Origin: an uncultured Chitinophaga sp.
Lineage (GTDB): Bacteria > Bacteroidota > Bacteroidia > UKL13-3
NCBI GenBank assembly: GCA_964355075.1
Contig: CAYHCF010000002.1
Span: forward strand, 16,480 to 80,479
Direction of reading: 5' to 3'
Length of the DNA: 64,000 nucleotides
Shown here: positions 52,471-62,875 of the stretch, one piece after another
How positions within the stretch are numbered: the first letter of the stretch is position 1
How the letters are laid out: every line of letters starts with the position of its first letter
Notes under the pieces: model-generated
The model's input: only the letters and a program-made list of their open reading frames with translations
What the model was told of the DNA's origin: nothing
Databases searched by the model: none
Translations under genes and position numbers: made by a program

Positions 52471-55221
52471 CTAAAATAATTTGGGTTGTATATTATCATC
52501 CTTTTTAGACTTGCGTTTTTGTTTTGAAATTCCCATTTCGTCATCATCCTCCAGTAACTTTTTTATTTTGGCCTCCTCTTCCTGAAATAAATCCAGGTTT
52601 ACGGCTGATTCCGTATCTTCTTCCACTCCATTGGCGATTGTTTCTTCCAATTCATCAGTTGGATCAGGCGGCAATAATTCCAGGCGGGATAAATCTAATC
52701 CTGCAAATTTGTTTCCAATACTTTTCCATCCCTTTACTTCAATATATTCGACAAGATTGATTTGCTGTTCCTCCAAAGATTTTCCTTTTCCTGTAGTTAA
52801 AATAATGATAGGAATTTTATAATTGGTTGCCAATAAAATGTAGTTCCCTTTTTCTTCCGGAATGCAAAGAAATTTCTTATTTAAAGTTAAGGTTTCAATG
52901 ACAAAACGTTTGACATTGTATTGTTTTGATTTGGCTTCAAAATAAATAATGCTAATGGGTTTATCGGCCTTGAATTTACATATAAGCAGTAATTGCTCAT
53001 ATTCATAGTGGTTGCTGGTATCAAAATTAGTAAGCTCATAATTACCATCTTTGTAAATGGCTAAAATCAAATCTGACCCCAAAAAATTTCCAAGGTAGGA
53101 CCCGTGTTCACTGGTATTCAACCGACCAATAGCGTCATCGTACCAAAGGTTAATACCTCCGAGGGTTGATACCCCTTTTGATTTTAACTTGATGCTTTTT
53201 ACCAGGTATTTGCTCAGAATATTTCCTTGCACCGACCTGCCTTTTATAGCCAAATCGGAGAAATTAAAATCAAAACTCAGTTTTCGGGCATGACTCAGGG
53301 GACTTAAGGTAATATTTACCACCTCCGCTTCGCCCGACGGATTTGCAGTAAAGTATAAAATACGTGAATTTGGCCTTCCCTGGGTTAAATCATATTCTTT
53401 ATCACGAGTGACACCCGTTACAGGAAAACGTTTGGCATAGCTTACTTTGGTTTTCCCATCCAGATAAATCAAATTATAAATGCGGCGTTCATCATTCTTT
53501 CTAAAAACATCCACATGAATAATGTCTTTTCCCATAAAGGCCTTATCCTGTACCTTGCTCACCACCATTTTCCCATCTTTTCTGAACACAATAATATCAT
53601 CGATATCAGAGCAATCACAGAGGTAATCGTCTTTTTTGAGTCCATAACCCACAAAACCTTCAGCTCGATTTACATATAATTTCTGGTTAGCAATGGCAAC
53701 CGTTTTTGAATCGATGGTATCAAATACTCTTATCTCTGTTTTTCGTTCCCTGCCTTTGCCGTATTTTTTAAGTAAGGTTTCAAAATACTTAATGGCAAAT
53801 GCTTTTAGGTTTTCCAAATCGCTTTTAACCTGAGTCAAAGCTACCTCTATGCCCTTCATGATATCATCGGCCTTAAAAGAATCGTATTTAGAAATACGTT
53901 TGATTTTTATTTCTGTCAGGCGAAGAATATCATCCTCGGTAAGATCGCGTCTGAATAATTTTTTATATTTATTCATCCCCTTCCAAATCACATCAATCAC
54001 CTCTTCAAAACTTTCACTCTCTTCAATATTGCGGTAGATGCGTTTTTCGATGAATATTTTCTCGATACAGCTATAATGCCATTGTTCTTCGAGTTCAGCC
54101 TTTTTAATCTCTAATTCCTGTCTTAACAGGTCTTTCGTTTTTTCTGTTGAAACCTGTAACAATTCCTCAACACCCAGAAATACCGGTTTATCATCAACAA
54201 TTACACAGGCATTGGGTGAAATGCTGATTTCACAATCAGTAAAAGCATACAATGCATCAATGGTCTTATCAGGAGAAACCCCCGGGGCTAATTGAATTTC
54301 AACTTCAACATCTCTGGCAGTATTGTCAATAACCTTTTTGATTTTTATTTTGCCGGAATCGTTGGCTTTGATAATAGAATCAATAAGTTGCGTTGTGGTA
54401 GTACCATAAGGCACATCCCGTACAAACAAGGTCTTTTTATCCAATTCCTCTATCCTTGCTCTAACCCTTACTTTCCCCCCTTTTTTCCCCTGGTTATAAT
54501 TTGCAATATCTACCAAACCTCCTGTGTTAAAATCAGGGTAGAGTTCAAACCTTTTACCTTTTAAATAATCGATAGAGGCATTTATTAATTCGCAAAAATT
54601 ATGAGGCATTACCTTAGTGGCTAAGCCAACTGCAATACCTTCAACACCCTGAGCCAAAAGCAATGGGAATTTCATAGGGAGTGCAACCGGTTCTTTTTTA
54701 CGGCCGTCATAAGAGTTTTGCCAAAGGGTAGTTTGCTTATTGAACGCAACTTCTAACGCAAATTTTGATAAGCGTGCTTCTATATATCGTGGGGCTGCAG
54801 CCGAATCTCCGGTGCGAATATCTCCCCAATTTCCTTGTGTTTCAATTAACAAATCCTTTTGACCCAAATTAACCATGGCATCGCCGATGGCAGCATCTCC
54901 ATGCGGGTGGTATTGCATGGTTTGACCGATTATATTTGCTACCTTATTGAAGCGGCCATCATCCATTTCGCGCATGGAGTGCATAATACGACGCTGAACG
55001 GGCTTTAATCCATCTTCAATAGCAGGAACAGCCCGCTCCAGAATTACATAGGAAGCATAATCTAAAAACCAGTTCTCATACAATCCGTTAACCGCTAAAA
55101 TATGGTATTCCTGAGGGATGTCAGTTTCCAAATTCTCCAGGTTGTTGTCTATATTATTCTCGTCCATTCTTCGATTCTCACTCAAGGCAAAGCTATTGAT
55201 ATTTGCAAAAACACTATCCAC
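52471..55221 (-). CDS. parC: DNA topoisomerase IV subunit A (GyrA/ParC family)
   Basis: 916 aa. AVPAIEDGLKPVQRRI, QYHPHGD and AAPRYIEARL (catalytic Tyr region). The long non-GyrA-box C-terminal domain is typical of Bacteroidota ParC. The exact start is uncertain (alternative M at residue 19). Confidence 0.8.
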   Translation of the reverse strand: MDSVFANINSFALSENRRMDENNIDNNLENLETDIPQEYHILAVNGLYENWFLDYASYVILERAVPAIEDGLKPVQRRIMHSMREMDDGRFNKVANIIGQTMQYHPHGDAAIGDAMVNLGQKDLLIETQGNWGDIRTGDSAAAPRYIEARLSKFALEVAFNKQTTLWQNSYDGRKKEPVALPMKFPLLLAQGVEGIAVGLATKVMPHNFCELINASIDYLKGKRFELYPDFNTGGLVDIANYNQGKKGGKVRVRARIEELDKKTLFVRDVPYGTTTTQLIDSIIKANDSGKIKIKKVIDNTARDVEVEIQLAPGVSPDKTIDALYAFTDCEISISPNACVIVDDKPVFLGVEELLQVSTEKTKDLLRQELEIKKAELEEQWHYSCIEKIFIEKRIYRNIEESESFEEVIDVIWKGMNKYKKLFRRDLTEDDILRLTEIKIKRISKYDSFKADDIMKGIEVALTQVKSDLENLKAFAIKYFETLLKKYGKGRERKTEIRVFDTIDSKTVAIANQKLYVNRAEGFVGYGLKKDDYLCDCSDIDDIIVFRKDGKMVVSKVQDKAFMGKDIIHVDVFRKNDERRIYNLIYLDGKTKVSYAKRFPVTGVTRDKEYDLTQGRPNSRILYFTANPSGEAEVVNITLSPLSHARKLSFDFNFSDLAIKGRSVQGNILSKYLVKSIKLKSKGVSTLGGINLWYDDAIGRLNTSEHGSYLGNFLGSDLILAIYKDGNYELTNFDTSNHYEYEQLLLICKFKADKPISIIYFEAKSKQYNVKRFVIETLTLNKKFLCIPEEKGNYILLATNYKIPIIILTTGKGKSLEEQQINLVEYIEVKGWKSIGNKFAGLDLSRLELLPPDPTDELEETIANGVEEDTESAVNLDLFQEEEAKIKKLLEDDDEMGISKQKRKSKKDDNIQPKLF

Positions 55222-55752
55222 AAAAAATTAAACATACCTATTATGATACGCAGCAGCCTAATTTTCAAAACCTTGTGGCACTTAATTGTTTATAATTTCA
55301 GATTAACAAATGTGAAAATTGGATTTTGCAATTATGCACATTACCCCGGATTGAAAAGCATTCTTAAGCGGATAATCCTTCAGTAAATAATTGTCTCCTT
55401 GTTTTTATGCCCCGACCTACTAATGAGATATCAATATTAAATCCTAAAAATGGGATTGGATTGAGGCCTAAAATTAGGTTATGAATTTATTGCTTCATTT
55501 CTTTGAACTAGCAAAAAAGGTTTAGTTGAGATTGTATGATGCTATTTGCCACCTTCTTTTGTTTTCCCTTTTAAATAATTATTAAGGGCAATCGTAAATA
55601 CTACAGGGGTTATTCAAGTTCGCACTTCATTTAACCAAATTTTTCATAAATGATTTAAATCCAACTGGCATGTATGGATAACAATTCATGCTTTTGAGAA
55701 TTTGAACTTTTGGGTCAAAAAAAATGAAAGTAAACTTTTAAATGAAGCGAAT

Positions 55753-58700
55753 ATGAAAACACGCAGGTACATTATTATTTTATTTCTTCTCCAATGGGCC
55801 AGAATTGGATCAGCACAAATTGCCAGTTGGAGCTGGGCTTCATCGCCGGCCAATTTTAACGAAACCGGGGCTCTGTCAAATATCACCGCCTCTGCATTAA
55901 CAACAAGTTCGGGAACTTTAAGTTACATTTCCTCACCTGCCTCCATCAGCAATGCAAGCTGGTCGCAGTCGGGAACATTTTCGAGCGCAGGGAAATATTG
56001 GCAGGTCTCAATTACTCCCAATACCAATTACCAGATCGGTATCAATGGGTTCAGCTTTAGTGCCGGTAGAACGGCAGCCGGACCTCAATTAATAACGGTT
56101 CAATACAGTTTAGATGGATTTGTAAGCGCAGGAATTACACTTATGAGTGGCGAATCCAATGCCAACACCTCTTCACTAAGTAGCTTTTCTGCCGGTTTAA
56201 ACCTACCCATTTCGGCTACAACAAATACGATAACTTTTAGAATATTTGGGTATGGAGCCAGTTCAACCGGAAACTTTAGAATCAATTCGATCAGCATAAA
56301 TGGACTAACTAGTTCTACTAATATGATTACAAATTATTATCTGAAATCATCAGGTTACTGCAATTCAACCAGCAGTTGGACGGATGATTCTACATTGATT
56401 GCAGGAAATAGTCCGGGCAATTTTTCGGCAATGAACCAGGTTTTTAATATCCGGAATCAAAGTCCGTCCACAATTGATGCCGCCTGGAATGTAAGTGGAT
56501 CGGGTTCAAAAATAATCTTAGGTGACAGCATTCATTCCATTACTTTTCAAATACCGGCGAGTTTTGCTTTAAGCAGCGAAAATGGGATTGATGTTTCTGC
56601 CAATGCAACATTAAGCTTATCAAATAGTACACTCCCTGTGTTTGGATTCATCAGCAGCCTGAGTGTCGTCAATTATTCGGCAGTTTCGGCGGTTCAGAAT
56701 ATTGTACAAACCACATATGGAAACCTGGTTTTAAGTGGTTCGGGTAGCCGGGTTTTTCCTTCGGGAACGGTAACTATTACCGGCAGTTTTGATCCTGGAA
56801 ATTTTACTTCGGCCGCAATGGGAACTATTTATTTTAATGGTTCAAACGAACAAACGATCCCGGCATTTGGGTATTATCATTTGAGTTCAGCCAATAACAA
56901 TAGAATTTTAGCTAATGGAACCATTGGGATTCAGGGAACCTTTATAACCGGAACCGGTAATTATACCATTGGAACCAGTACGGTTGATTTTTGTGGTTCA
57001 ATCCTTCAAACCATACCATTAATACCTGTGGTGACAGGGGCAAATTATTATAATTTAAAATATACAGGGAGCAGCAGGGGAACCCTTGCAGATTCGATTA
57101 TTGTTGCCAAAGATGTTACTATCAGCAATGGTAGTATTGTACTAACACAATCAACAAGAAAAGTTTTAACGATTGGAGGTAACCTCATCATTAATGGCGG
57201 CACATTAGATTTTGCTTATATTGGAGCCACAACTGCAGGGGAAGTAAAACTGAGTGGCAATTTAATTCAAACTACTTTATTCGGAACCACCACCAATGGG
57301 AATACCGGAAATGGATTATTAAACTTTTGTGGTAGTGCAACATTGGCTTCTCCTCAAACACTTTCGTTAGAAACTATCAGCTCCTTAAATTATACTAACC
57401 TAAAAGTAAGTTCAGGTACTTGTTTAACTTTATTATCCAATATCTTATTGAGAAGGGAAACAGTTGCAAACGAGAGTTACAAGGGAACATTGACCGTTAA
57501 CGGAACTTTAGATTGTGGAAATTTTACAGTTAATGGAGGCATCAACAGTACCAGTAATAATACCGCAGCAAACTTTACTTTAAACAGCGGGGCAAGCCTA
57601 ATCTCAAGCCATTCATCAGGCCTCAATTCGAGTATCGGAACGAGCAGTTTAATTCGCACGTTTGCGGCAGGAGCTAATTATATTTTGAATGGTAATTCGA
57701 GCACCGCATTCCCAACTGTGGCTCAGCAGGCGAGTTTTGGAAATCCAAATAATTTTACTGTATCCGGAAATTATTCATTAAACAGAGATCTCATTGTTAG
57801 CGGTCTCTTACGAATTGACAACAATAACACCTTGAACATTGAAGGCTATTCACTGCGTTTTTCAACGATAAGCGGTTCCGGAAAATTAGCTGTTAACACC
57901 AACACAAATCTTACCATTACCGGAAGGCCCAATTCAAATCCCGTTAATGGAGATAATCCCATATATTTCGATGATAATTTCCATTCCCTTGGAAACTTCA
58001 CCCTAGGAAATGGGGTGGATGATGCAACGGTATCAATAGGATCAGCATTGATAATAGCACCCGGCGGATCGATAAATTTTGGAAGCTCCGGAAATAAAAA
58101 TCTTTTCACCAATGGAAACATTCGTATTCAATCCAATATTTCGGGCACCGGGTCAATTGGTAATACCCATGGCGCCATCATTAGCGGAAATATGTTTATT
58201 GAAAGGTTTATCAATTCAAATACCCGAAGATTCAGGTTTCTGGGTTTTCCTTTTGTTTCGGGAGTTACTTTGCAAAATTACAGAGATGATATCTGGTTAA
58301 GCGGGCCTGGAACAGGAAGCGGAACATTGGATTCGGGAAATTATAATAGCAATGGCTTTCATTATACGAACGCCAATGATACATCCGTATATTTTTTTAA
58401 TGAATCCCGCAATGCCGGTTTATCCAATTCAAGATGGGCAGGCATTTCCAACATCAATAACAACCTGGAGGCAGGGATTGGATACCGGGTTTTTTATCGG
58501 GGTCCGGTATCGCAAGGAATTACCTGTATCAATGGTTCAAAGCCTGCGCCTTTATCAGGAACTTTGTCGGCATCGGGTGTGATTAAATCAGGAATACAAA
58601 CCTTTTCAATAGCTTGTTCAAATGGCTGCCTGAATGTAAGCGGAGTAACCCCAACAAATCTGGATGATGGCTGGAATTTTATCGCCAACCCCTACCCTTG

Positions 58701-59637
58701 CGCCATTGATTGGAACAGCAGTTCCGGCTGGACAAAAACCCACCTAAATGATGTTGTATACATCTGGAACCCGGTAAATGGATCCTATGGTTGTTGGGAT
58801 GGCCTGACCCAGGTGAATGCCGTGAATGGAATTATAGCTTCCGGTCAGGCATTTTTTGTGCGGGCAAATGCTTCCAATCCAGCTTTAAGTTGTACGGAAG
58901 AAGTGAAAATAATCTCTACGCCATCGAATATGTTTAAAGCTGCGAAAAAAGATTATCTAAGCGTCCGGTTAATTTATGATTCACTCAATAATGACGAATG
59001 CATTATTCGATTCCTGGCTAATAAAAGCGACTCGTTTCAGTCAAATGAAGATGTCATAAAACTGATGAATTCGAATTATAATGTTTACTTCATTTCCGAA
59101 ACAGCACAAAACCTTGCCATAAGTTATTTGAATGCGTTCAACCCTAATAAAACATACCGGATAAAACTCGGCATCAAAGCAGCAAAAGCAAGTTATACCT
59201 TGAGGTTTGACGAATTACAAAGTTTCAATTCAGGTTCAGTTTTTCTTAAGGATAACTATCTTCATCAAACCATAGACATAAAATATTTTAGTAATTATCC
59301 TTTTGAAATCAATGATCAAACCGCCACTCAGGGTGACGAAAGATTTGAATTGATATTTAATGAGAATATCCTGGGAATTAAACAAGATGTTTTCAATAAT
59401 TCATCGATGGCAATGGTTTATCCAAACCCGGTTAAAGGTAGTTTACACATTGATTTCTCCTTTGAAAACTCAGAAATCATTTATTCCATTTCAGACCAAT
59501 TGGGTCAAAAAATACAAGAGGGGAAATTGATAGAACAAAAAAATGGTATTGATTTATCCATGCTTACTTCAGGTATTTACTTTTTACACCTCATGAAATC
59601 AAATGGAGAATCCCAACTTATTAAACTTGTAAAATAA
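55753..59637 (+). CDS. Large secreted protein with T9SS type-A (Por secretion tail) C-terminal domain
   Basis: ATG at 55753 gives MKTRRYIIILFLLQWARIGSAQ (signal peptide). Ser/Thr/Asn/Gly-rich beta-helix-like body. C-terminal VYPNPVKGSLHIDF...GIYFLHLMKSNGESQLIKLVK sorting domain. Confidence 0.75.
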   Translation: MKTRRYIIILFLLQWARIGSAQIASWSWASSPANFNETGALSNITASALTTSSGTLSYISSPASISNASWSQSGTFSSAGKYWQVSITPNTNYQIGINGFSFSAGRTAAGPQLITVQYSLDGFVSAGITLMSGESNANTSSLSSFSAGLNLPISATTNTITFRIFGYGASSTGNFRINSISINGLTSSTNMITNYYLKSSGYCNSTSSWTDDSTLIAGNSPGNFSAMNQVFNIRNQSPSTIDAAWNVSGSGSKIILGDSIHSITFQIPASFALSSENGIDVSANATLSLSNSTLPVFGFISSLSVVNYSAVSAVQNIVQTTYGNLVLSGSGSRVFPSGTVTITGSFDPGNFTSAAMGTIYFNGSNEQTIPAFGYYHLSSANNNRILANGTIGIQGTFITGTGNYTIGTSTVDFCGSILQTIPLIPVVTGANYYNLKYTGSSRGTLADSIIVAKDVTISNGSIVLTQSTRKVLTIGGNLIINGGTLDFAYIGATTAGEVKLSGNLIQTTLFGTTTNGNTGNGLLNFCGSATLASPQTLSLETISSLNYTNLKVSSGTCLTLLSNILLRRETVANESYKGTLTVNGTLDCGNFTVNGGINSTSNNTAANFTLNSGASLISSHSSGLNSSIGTSSLIRTFAAGANYILNGNSSTAFPTVAQQASFGNPNNFTVSGNYSLNRDLIVSGLLRIDNNNTLNIEGYSLRFSTISGSGKLAVNTNTNLTITGRPNSNPVNGDNPIYFDDNFHSLGNFTLGNGVDDATVSIGSALIIAPGGSINFGSSGNKNLFTNGNIRIQSNISGTGSIGNTHGAIISGNMFIERFINSNTRRFRFLGFPFVSGVTLQNYRDDIWLSGPGTGSGTLDSGNYNSNGFHYTNANDTSVYFFNESRNAGLSNSRWAGISNINNNLEAGIGYRVFYRGPVSQGITCINGSKPAPLSGTLSASGVIKSGIQTFSIACSNGCLNVSGVTPTNLDDGWNFIANPYPCAIDWNSSSGWTKTHLNDVVYIWNPVNGSYGCWDGLTQVNAVNGIIASGQAFFVRANASNPALSCTEEVKIISTPSNMFKAAKKDYLSVRLIYDSLNNDECIIRFLANKSDSFQSNEDVIKLMNSNYNVYFISETAQNLAISYLNAFNPNKTYRIKLGIKAAKASYTLRFDELQSFNSGSVFLKDNYLHQTIDIKYFSNYPFEINDQTATQGDERFELIFNENILGIKQDVFNNSSMAMVYPNPVKGSLHIDFSFENSEIIYSISDQLGQKIQEGKLIEQKNGIDLSMLTSGIYFLHLMKSNGESQLIKLVK

Positions 59638-59669
59638 CTTAATTCAAACAAACATTAAACCTTATCCTT

Positions 59670-59864
59670 ATGAAAAAATTTATAAAAACAGCAATGGCAA
59701 TTTTGATTCTGCTATTTACCATACAGTATGTAAAAGCGCAGCCAGATTTTGATGATGAAGTTCAGGATGCACCAATTGATGGTGGCGTTGGAATTTTAGT
59801 CGTTGCAGGCATCGCTTATGGAATGAAAAAGAGGAATAAAATGAAAAGGGAATCAGAGGATTAA
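59670..59864 (+). CDS. Small protein: signal peptide, short acidic linker, then PIDGG motif, TM helix and basic tail
   Basis: MKKFIKTAMAILILLFTIQYVKA / QPDFDDEVQDA / PIDGGVGILVVAGIAYG / MKKRNKMKR. Architecture resembles PEP-CTERM-class tripartite sorting signals with almost no cargo. Confidence 0.4.
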   Translation: MKKFIKTAMAILILLFTIQYVKAQPDFDDEVQDAPIDGGVGILVVAGIAYGMKKRNKMKRESED

Positions 59865-60000
59865 TTTAGTGGCAGTAATAATGACAATTATTTAAAAAAT
59901 ATCTTTTTGAATACCAGCATGTTATATTATTACTCGCTGTATTGAATTAAAAATTTAGAAAAAATATTTCTAAATTATAAGTATAAATTATATTTTTGTT

Positions 60001-60261
60001 ATGCAAATATCAATTCAAAATATGTCAACTTTCACCAGTTCACTTCCCGATGAACTTCTCAAAAAACTTACAGATGTGGCTAATGCGTTGGCCATGCCAA
60101 AAAACAAGCTGATAGAAAAAGCCTTACGCATCTATTTGGATCAGCTTAATAAAGCAGCGTATATAAAATCCTATAAGCAAATGGGAGATGATACCGATGT
60201 ATTATTACTTGCCGAAGAAGGCATGGAGGAGTATTTCATGCAAATTAAAGATCAGGAATGA
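60001..60261 (+). CDS. Ribbon-helix-helix type antitoxin
   Basis: 86 aa. LPDELLKKLTDVANALAMPKNKLIEKALRIYL is RHH-like. The stop overlaps the toxin start (ATGA). Confidence 0.6.
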   Translation: MQISIQNMSTFTSSLPDELLKKLTDVANALAMPKNKLIEKALRIYLDQLNKAAYIKSYKQMGDDTDVLLLAEEGMEEYFMQIKDQE

Positions 60262-60590
60262 AACAAGGAGAAATTTGGTATACAAGTCTGAATCCGACAG
60301 AAGGAAGCGAGCAGGCAGGATACATGCCCGTATTGGTTTTGAGTGGAAATTTAGCAAATGAGTATGCGCCAGTGGTTATTTGTTGCCCTTTAACCACCAA
60401 ACTCAAAAACTACCAGGGCAATCCCATTCTTGAACCCAATGCGCAAAACGGGCTCAAAGAAAAATCGGAAGTAATGATGATTCATATCCGGAGTTTGACT
60501 AAAACCAGGTTGAAGGAAAAAATTGGGACAGTGCCAAAATCAACCATTCAGCAAATGAAGCAAACCTTAGATGATTTGCTGAATTATTGA
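60258..60590 (+). CDS. mazF: Type II toxin, PemK/MazF family endoribonuclease
   Basis: 110 aa. MKQGEIWYTSLNPTEGSEQAGYMPVLVLS... is the MazF/PemK N-terminal signature. Confidence 0.8.
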   Translation: MKQGEIWYTSLNPTEGSEQAGYMPVLVLSGNLANEYAPVVICCPLTTKLKNYQGNPILEPNAQNGLKEKSEVMMIHIRSLTKTRLKEKIGTVPKSTIQQMKQTLDDLLNY

Positions 60591-60637
60591 AATGGAAATT
60601 CATTTTTAATCCTACAAAAAACAAGTATTTTTGAAAT

Positions 60638-61225
60638 ATGGAAGTACGCGAACCCGACCCAGCTTATGCTGCTTATACTTATGCCGATTACCTTACCTGG
60701 ACAATTCCTGAGATGGTTGAGTTAATTAAAGGCAGAGTTTTTAAGATGGCTGCAGCTCCACGAAGAATTCACCAAAAAGTATCTGGAGAAATCTTTAACA
60801 GTATTTATAACTATCTTAAAGGCAAAAAGTGCGAAGTGTATGAAGCACCCTTTGATGTAAGGCTTCCGGTTAATAGCAAAAAAAACGAAGATATTTACAC
60901 GGTAGTTCAGCCCGATATCTGTGTAATTTGCGACAAGTCAAAATTGGATGATGCGGGTTGCATTGGAGCGCCTGATTTGATTATTGAAATTCTTTCTCCG
61001 GGGAACAACAGAAAAGAATTGCACAACAAATACGAAGTTTACGAAGAAAGTGGGGTTCAGGAATATTGGATAATCCAACCCGAGGATCAAAACTTGTTAA
61101 TATACACTATGGTTGATGGTAAATATAAAGCCTCTAAATTGTTTACAAGCGGTGATGTCATCACAACGCCTATAATGCCTGGTTTTAAATTGGATTTAGA
61201 AGAAGTATTTAATGGGCTATCATAG
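60638..61225 (+). CDS. Uma2 family (DUF820) PD-(D/E)xK endonuclease
   Basis: 195 aa. GAPDLIIEILSPGN...KYEVYEESGVQEYWII matches the Uma2 catalytic core and tail. Confidence 0.8.
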   Translation: MEVREPDPAYAAYTYADYLTWTIPEMVELIKGRVFKMAAAPRRIHQKVSGEIFNSIYNYLKGKKCEVYEAPFDVRLPVNSKKNEDIYTVVQPDICVICDKSKLDDAGCIGAPDLIIEILSPGNNRKELHNKYEVYEESGVQEYWIIQPEDQNLLIYTMVDGKYKASKLFTSGDVITTPIMPGFKLDLEEVFNGLS

Positions 61226-61318
61226 TCTTTAAATACCATATTTCGCCATTGTCCCAATAATCACAATGAAAATATTAAATTTATAATATACTTATATTTA
61301 ATATTTTATAATATTATT

Positions 61319-61355
61319 ATGGAATTATTTGGAATTGAATTACAAATAATTCCAT
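61319..61355. promoter_or_regulatory. 12-bp perfect inverted repeat just upstream of the ATPase gene (possible operator)
   Basis: atggaattattt (61319-61330) and aaataattccat (61344-61355), with a 13-nt spacer, ending 12 nt before ATG 61367. Confidence 0.3.
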
Positions 61356-61366
61356 ATATTTGAAAC

Positions 61367-62530
61367 ATGATTCAACGTGATGCAACAAAAAAACTGAAAG
61401 ATCTTGCTTCAAAATTTAAAGCAGTGGCGATAACAGGTGCACGCCAAACAGGAAAAACCACGCTCATAAAGCAAGTTTTTAAACACAAACCCTATGTTTC
61501 ACTTGAGAATTCCGATATGAGGAACTTCGCATTAGAAGATCCAAGAGGCTTTTTGGGTTCTTACCCGAATGGTGCTGTGTTGGATGAAGTTCAACGTACT
61601 CCTAATTTATTTTCTTACCTCCAGGAAATTTTGGATAATTCTAAAGTTAAAGGGTTGTTTATACTTTCCGGTTCAAACAATTTTTTATTACAACAATCTA
61701 TTTCACAATCTCTGGCCGGAAGAATTGGTTATATCAACCTGTTGCCCTTTTCAATTACAGAACTTCATAAAGCTAAATTATTGCCTGAATCGGATGATGA
61801 ACTGATGTTTAAAGGATTTTACCCTCCGGTTTATGATCAGGATATCCCCATTCAGGATTGGTGTCCGAATTATATCCGAACCTATATTGAAAAAGATGTG
61901 AGGCAGGTAAAGAACATCAGCGACCTGATTGTATTTGAACGCTTTATAAGACTTTTGGCAGGACGAGCCGGTCAGGAATTAAATAACCATGCTATTTCCG
62001 TTGAGGCAGGAGTTGATATTAAAACCATTCAATCGTGGATAGGCATTTTGGAGAGCAGTTTTATCATTTATCTGCTCAAACCCCATTATAAGAATTTCAA
62101 TAAAACAGTGGTTAAACGACCTAAACTATACTTCTACGATACTTCTCTGGTTTGCTGTCTCCTGGGAATTCAACAAGCCCAACAATTGAGTAACTACCCA
62201 TTACGTGGGGCTATTTTTGAAAACATGGTAATAAGTGAATTCATTAAAAAAAGGACCAATGAAGCTTTACCTATTAATTTGTTTTACTGGAGAGATAAAA
62301 CAGGACATGAAATTGACCTGATTATTGACAATGCCGGTGCATTGCTTCCAATAGAAATAAAGTCAGGTAAAACCGTCAATACAGAATTTTTCAGAAATAT
62401 GGATTACTGGTGCAAACTAAGTGGAGTAACAAAATCAATTTTGTTGTATGGTGGTGAGCAAAACCAGAAAAGAAGCAATGGAACAGAGATTTTAAACTGG
62501 AGAAAATTGATGATCAATAATAAAATTTAG
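61367..62530 (+). CDS. AAA-type ATPase with DUF4143-like C-terminal domain
   Basis: 387 aa. Walker A ITGARQTGKTTL, Walker B-like GAVLDEVQ, and a C-terminal PD-(D/E)xK-like HEIDLII...PIEIKSGK. Confidence 0.75.
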   Translation: MIQRDATKKLKDLASKFKAVAITGARQTGKTTLIKQVFKHKPYVSLENSDMRNFALEDPRGFLGSYPNGAVLDEVQRTPNLFSYLQEILDNSKVKGLFILSGSNNFLLQQSISQSLAGRIGYINLLPFSITELHKAKLLPESDDELMFKGFYPPVYDQDIPIQDWCPNYIRTYIEKDVRQVKNISDLIVFERFIRLLAGRAGQELNNHAISVEAGVDIKTIQSWIGILESSFIIYLLKPHYKNFNKTVVKRPKLYFYDTSLVCCLLGIQQAQQLSNYPLRGAIFENMVISEFIKKRTNEALPINLFYWRDKTGHEIDLIIDNAGALLPIEIKSGKTVNTEFFRNMDYWCKLSGVTKSILLYGGEQNQKRSNGTEILNWRKLMINNKI

Positions 62531-62537
62531 GAACATC

Positions 62538-62612
62538 GTTTACGCTTCCAAACGAAGATATTTACACGGTAGTACAACCCGAAGCTCAAAACTTACTGGT
62601 ATATATATATTA
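62538..62612 (+). pseudogene. Decayed Uma2 gene fragment with internal deletion
   Basis: aacgaagatatttacacggtagtacaacccga matches 60887-60918 of the intact gene. It joins directly to a sequence like 61083-61108 (QP-E-QNLL-Y), giving NEDIYTVVQPEAQNLLVY. Confidence 0.6.
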
Positions 62613-62632
62613 TAGAAAATGGCTTAACATAG

Positions 62633-62791
62633 CCACCCAATAAACAAAATGGGTTAAAAACAAAATCGGAAATAATGGTTATTCATATAAGAAGTTTGTC
62701 TAAAAACAGGCTAACAGAGCGGATTGGCTCAATTCCAAAGGAAACAATGCAACTTATGAAGGATACTTTGAATGATTTGTTGAATTATTGA
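62633..62791 (+). pseudogene. 3-prime fragment of a second mazF-like gene
   Basis: Translates PPNKQNGLKTKSEIMVIHIRSLSKNRLTERIGSIPKETMQLMKDTLNDLLNY*, about 70 percent identical by eye to the C-terminal 50 aa of the 60258-60590 product. An in-frame stop lies immediately upstream, and the downstream spacer also resembles 60591-60637. Confidence 0.7.
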
Positions 62792-62875
62792 ATTGAAATT
62801 CGATTTTATACTACAAATAATAAATAGTCAATTCTTTAAAAGTGTTTTAAGATGAACAATATTTTTTTATGCAAA

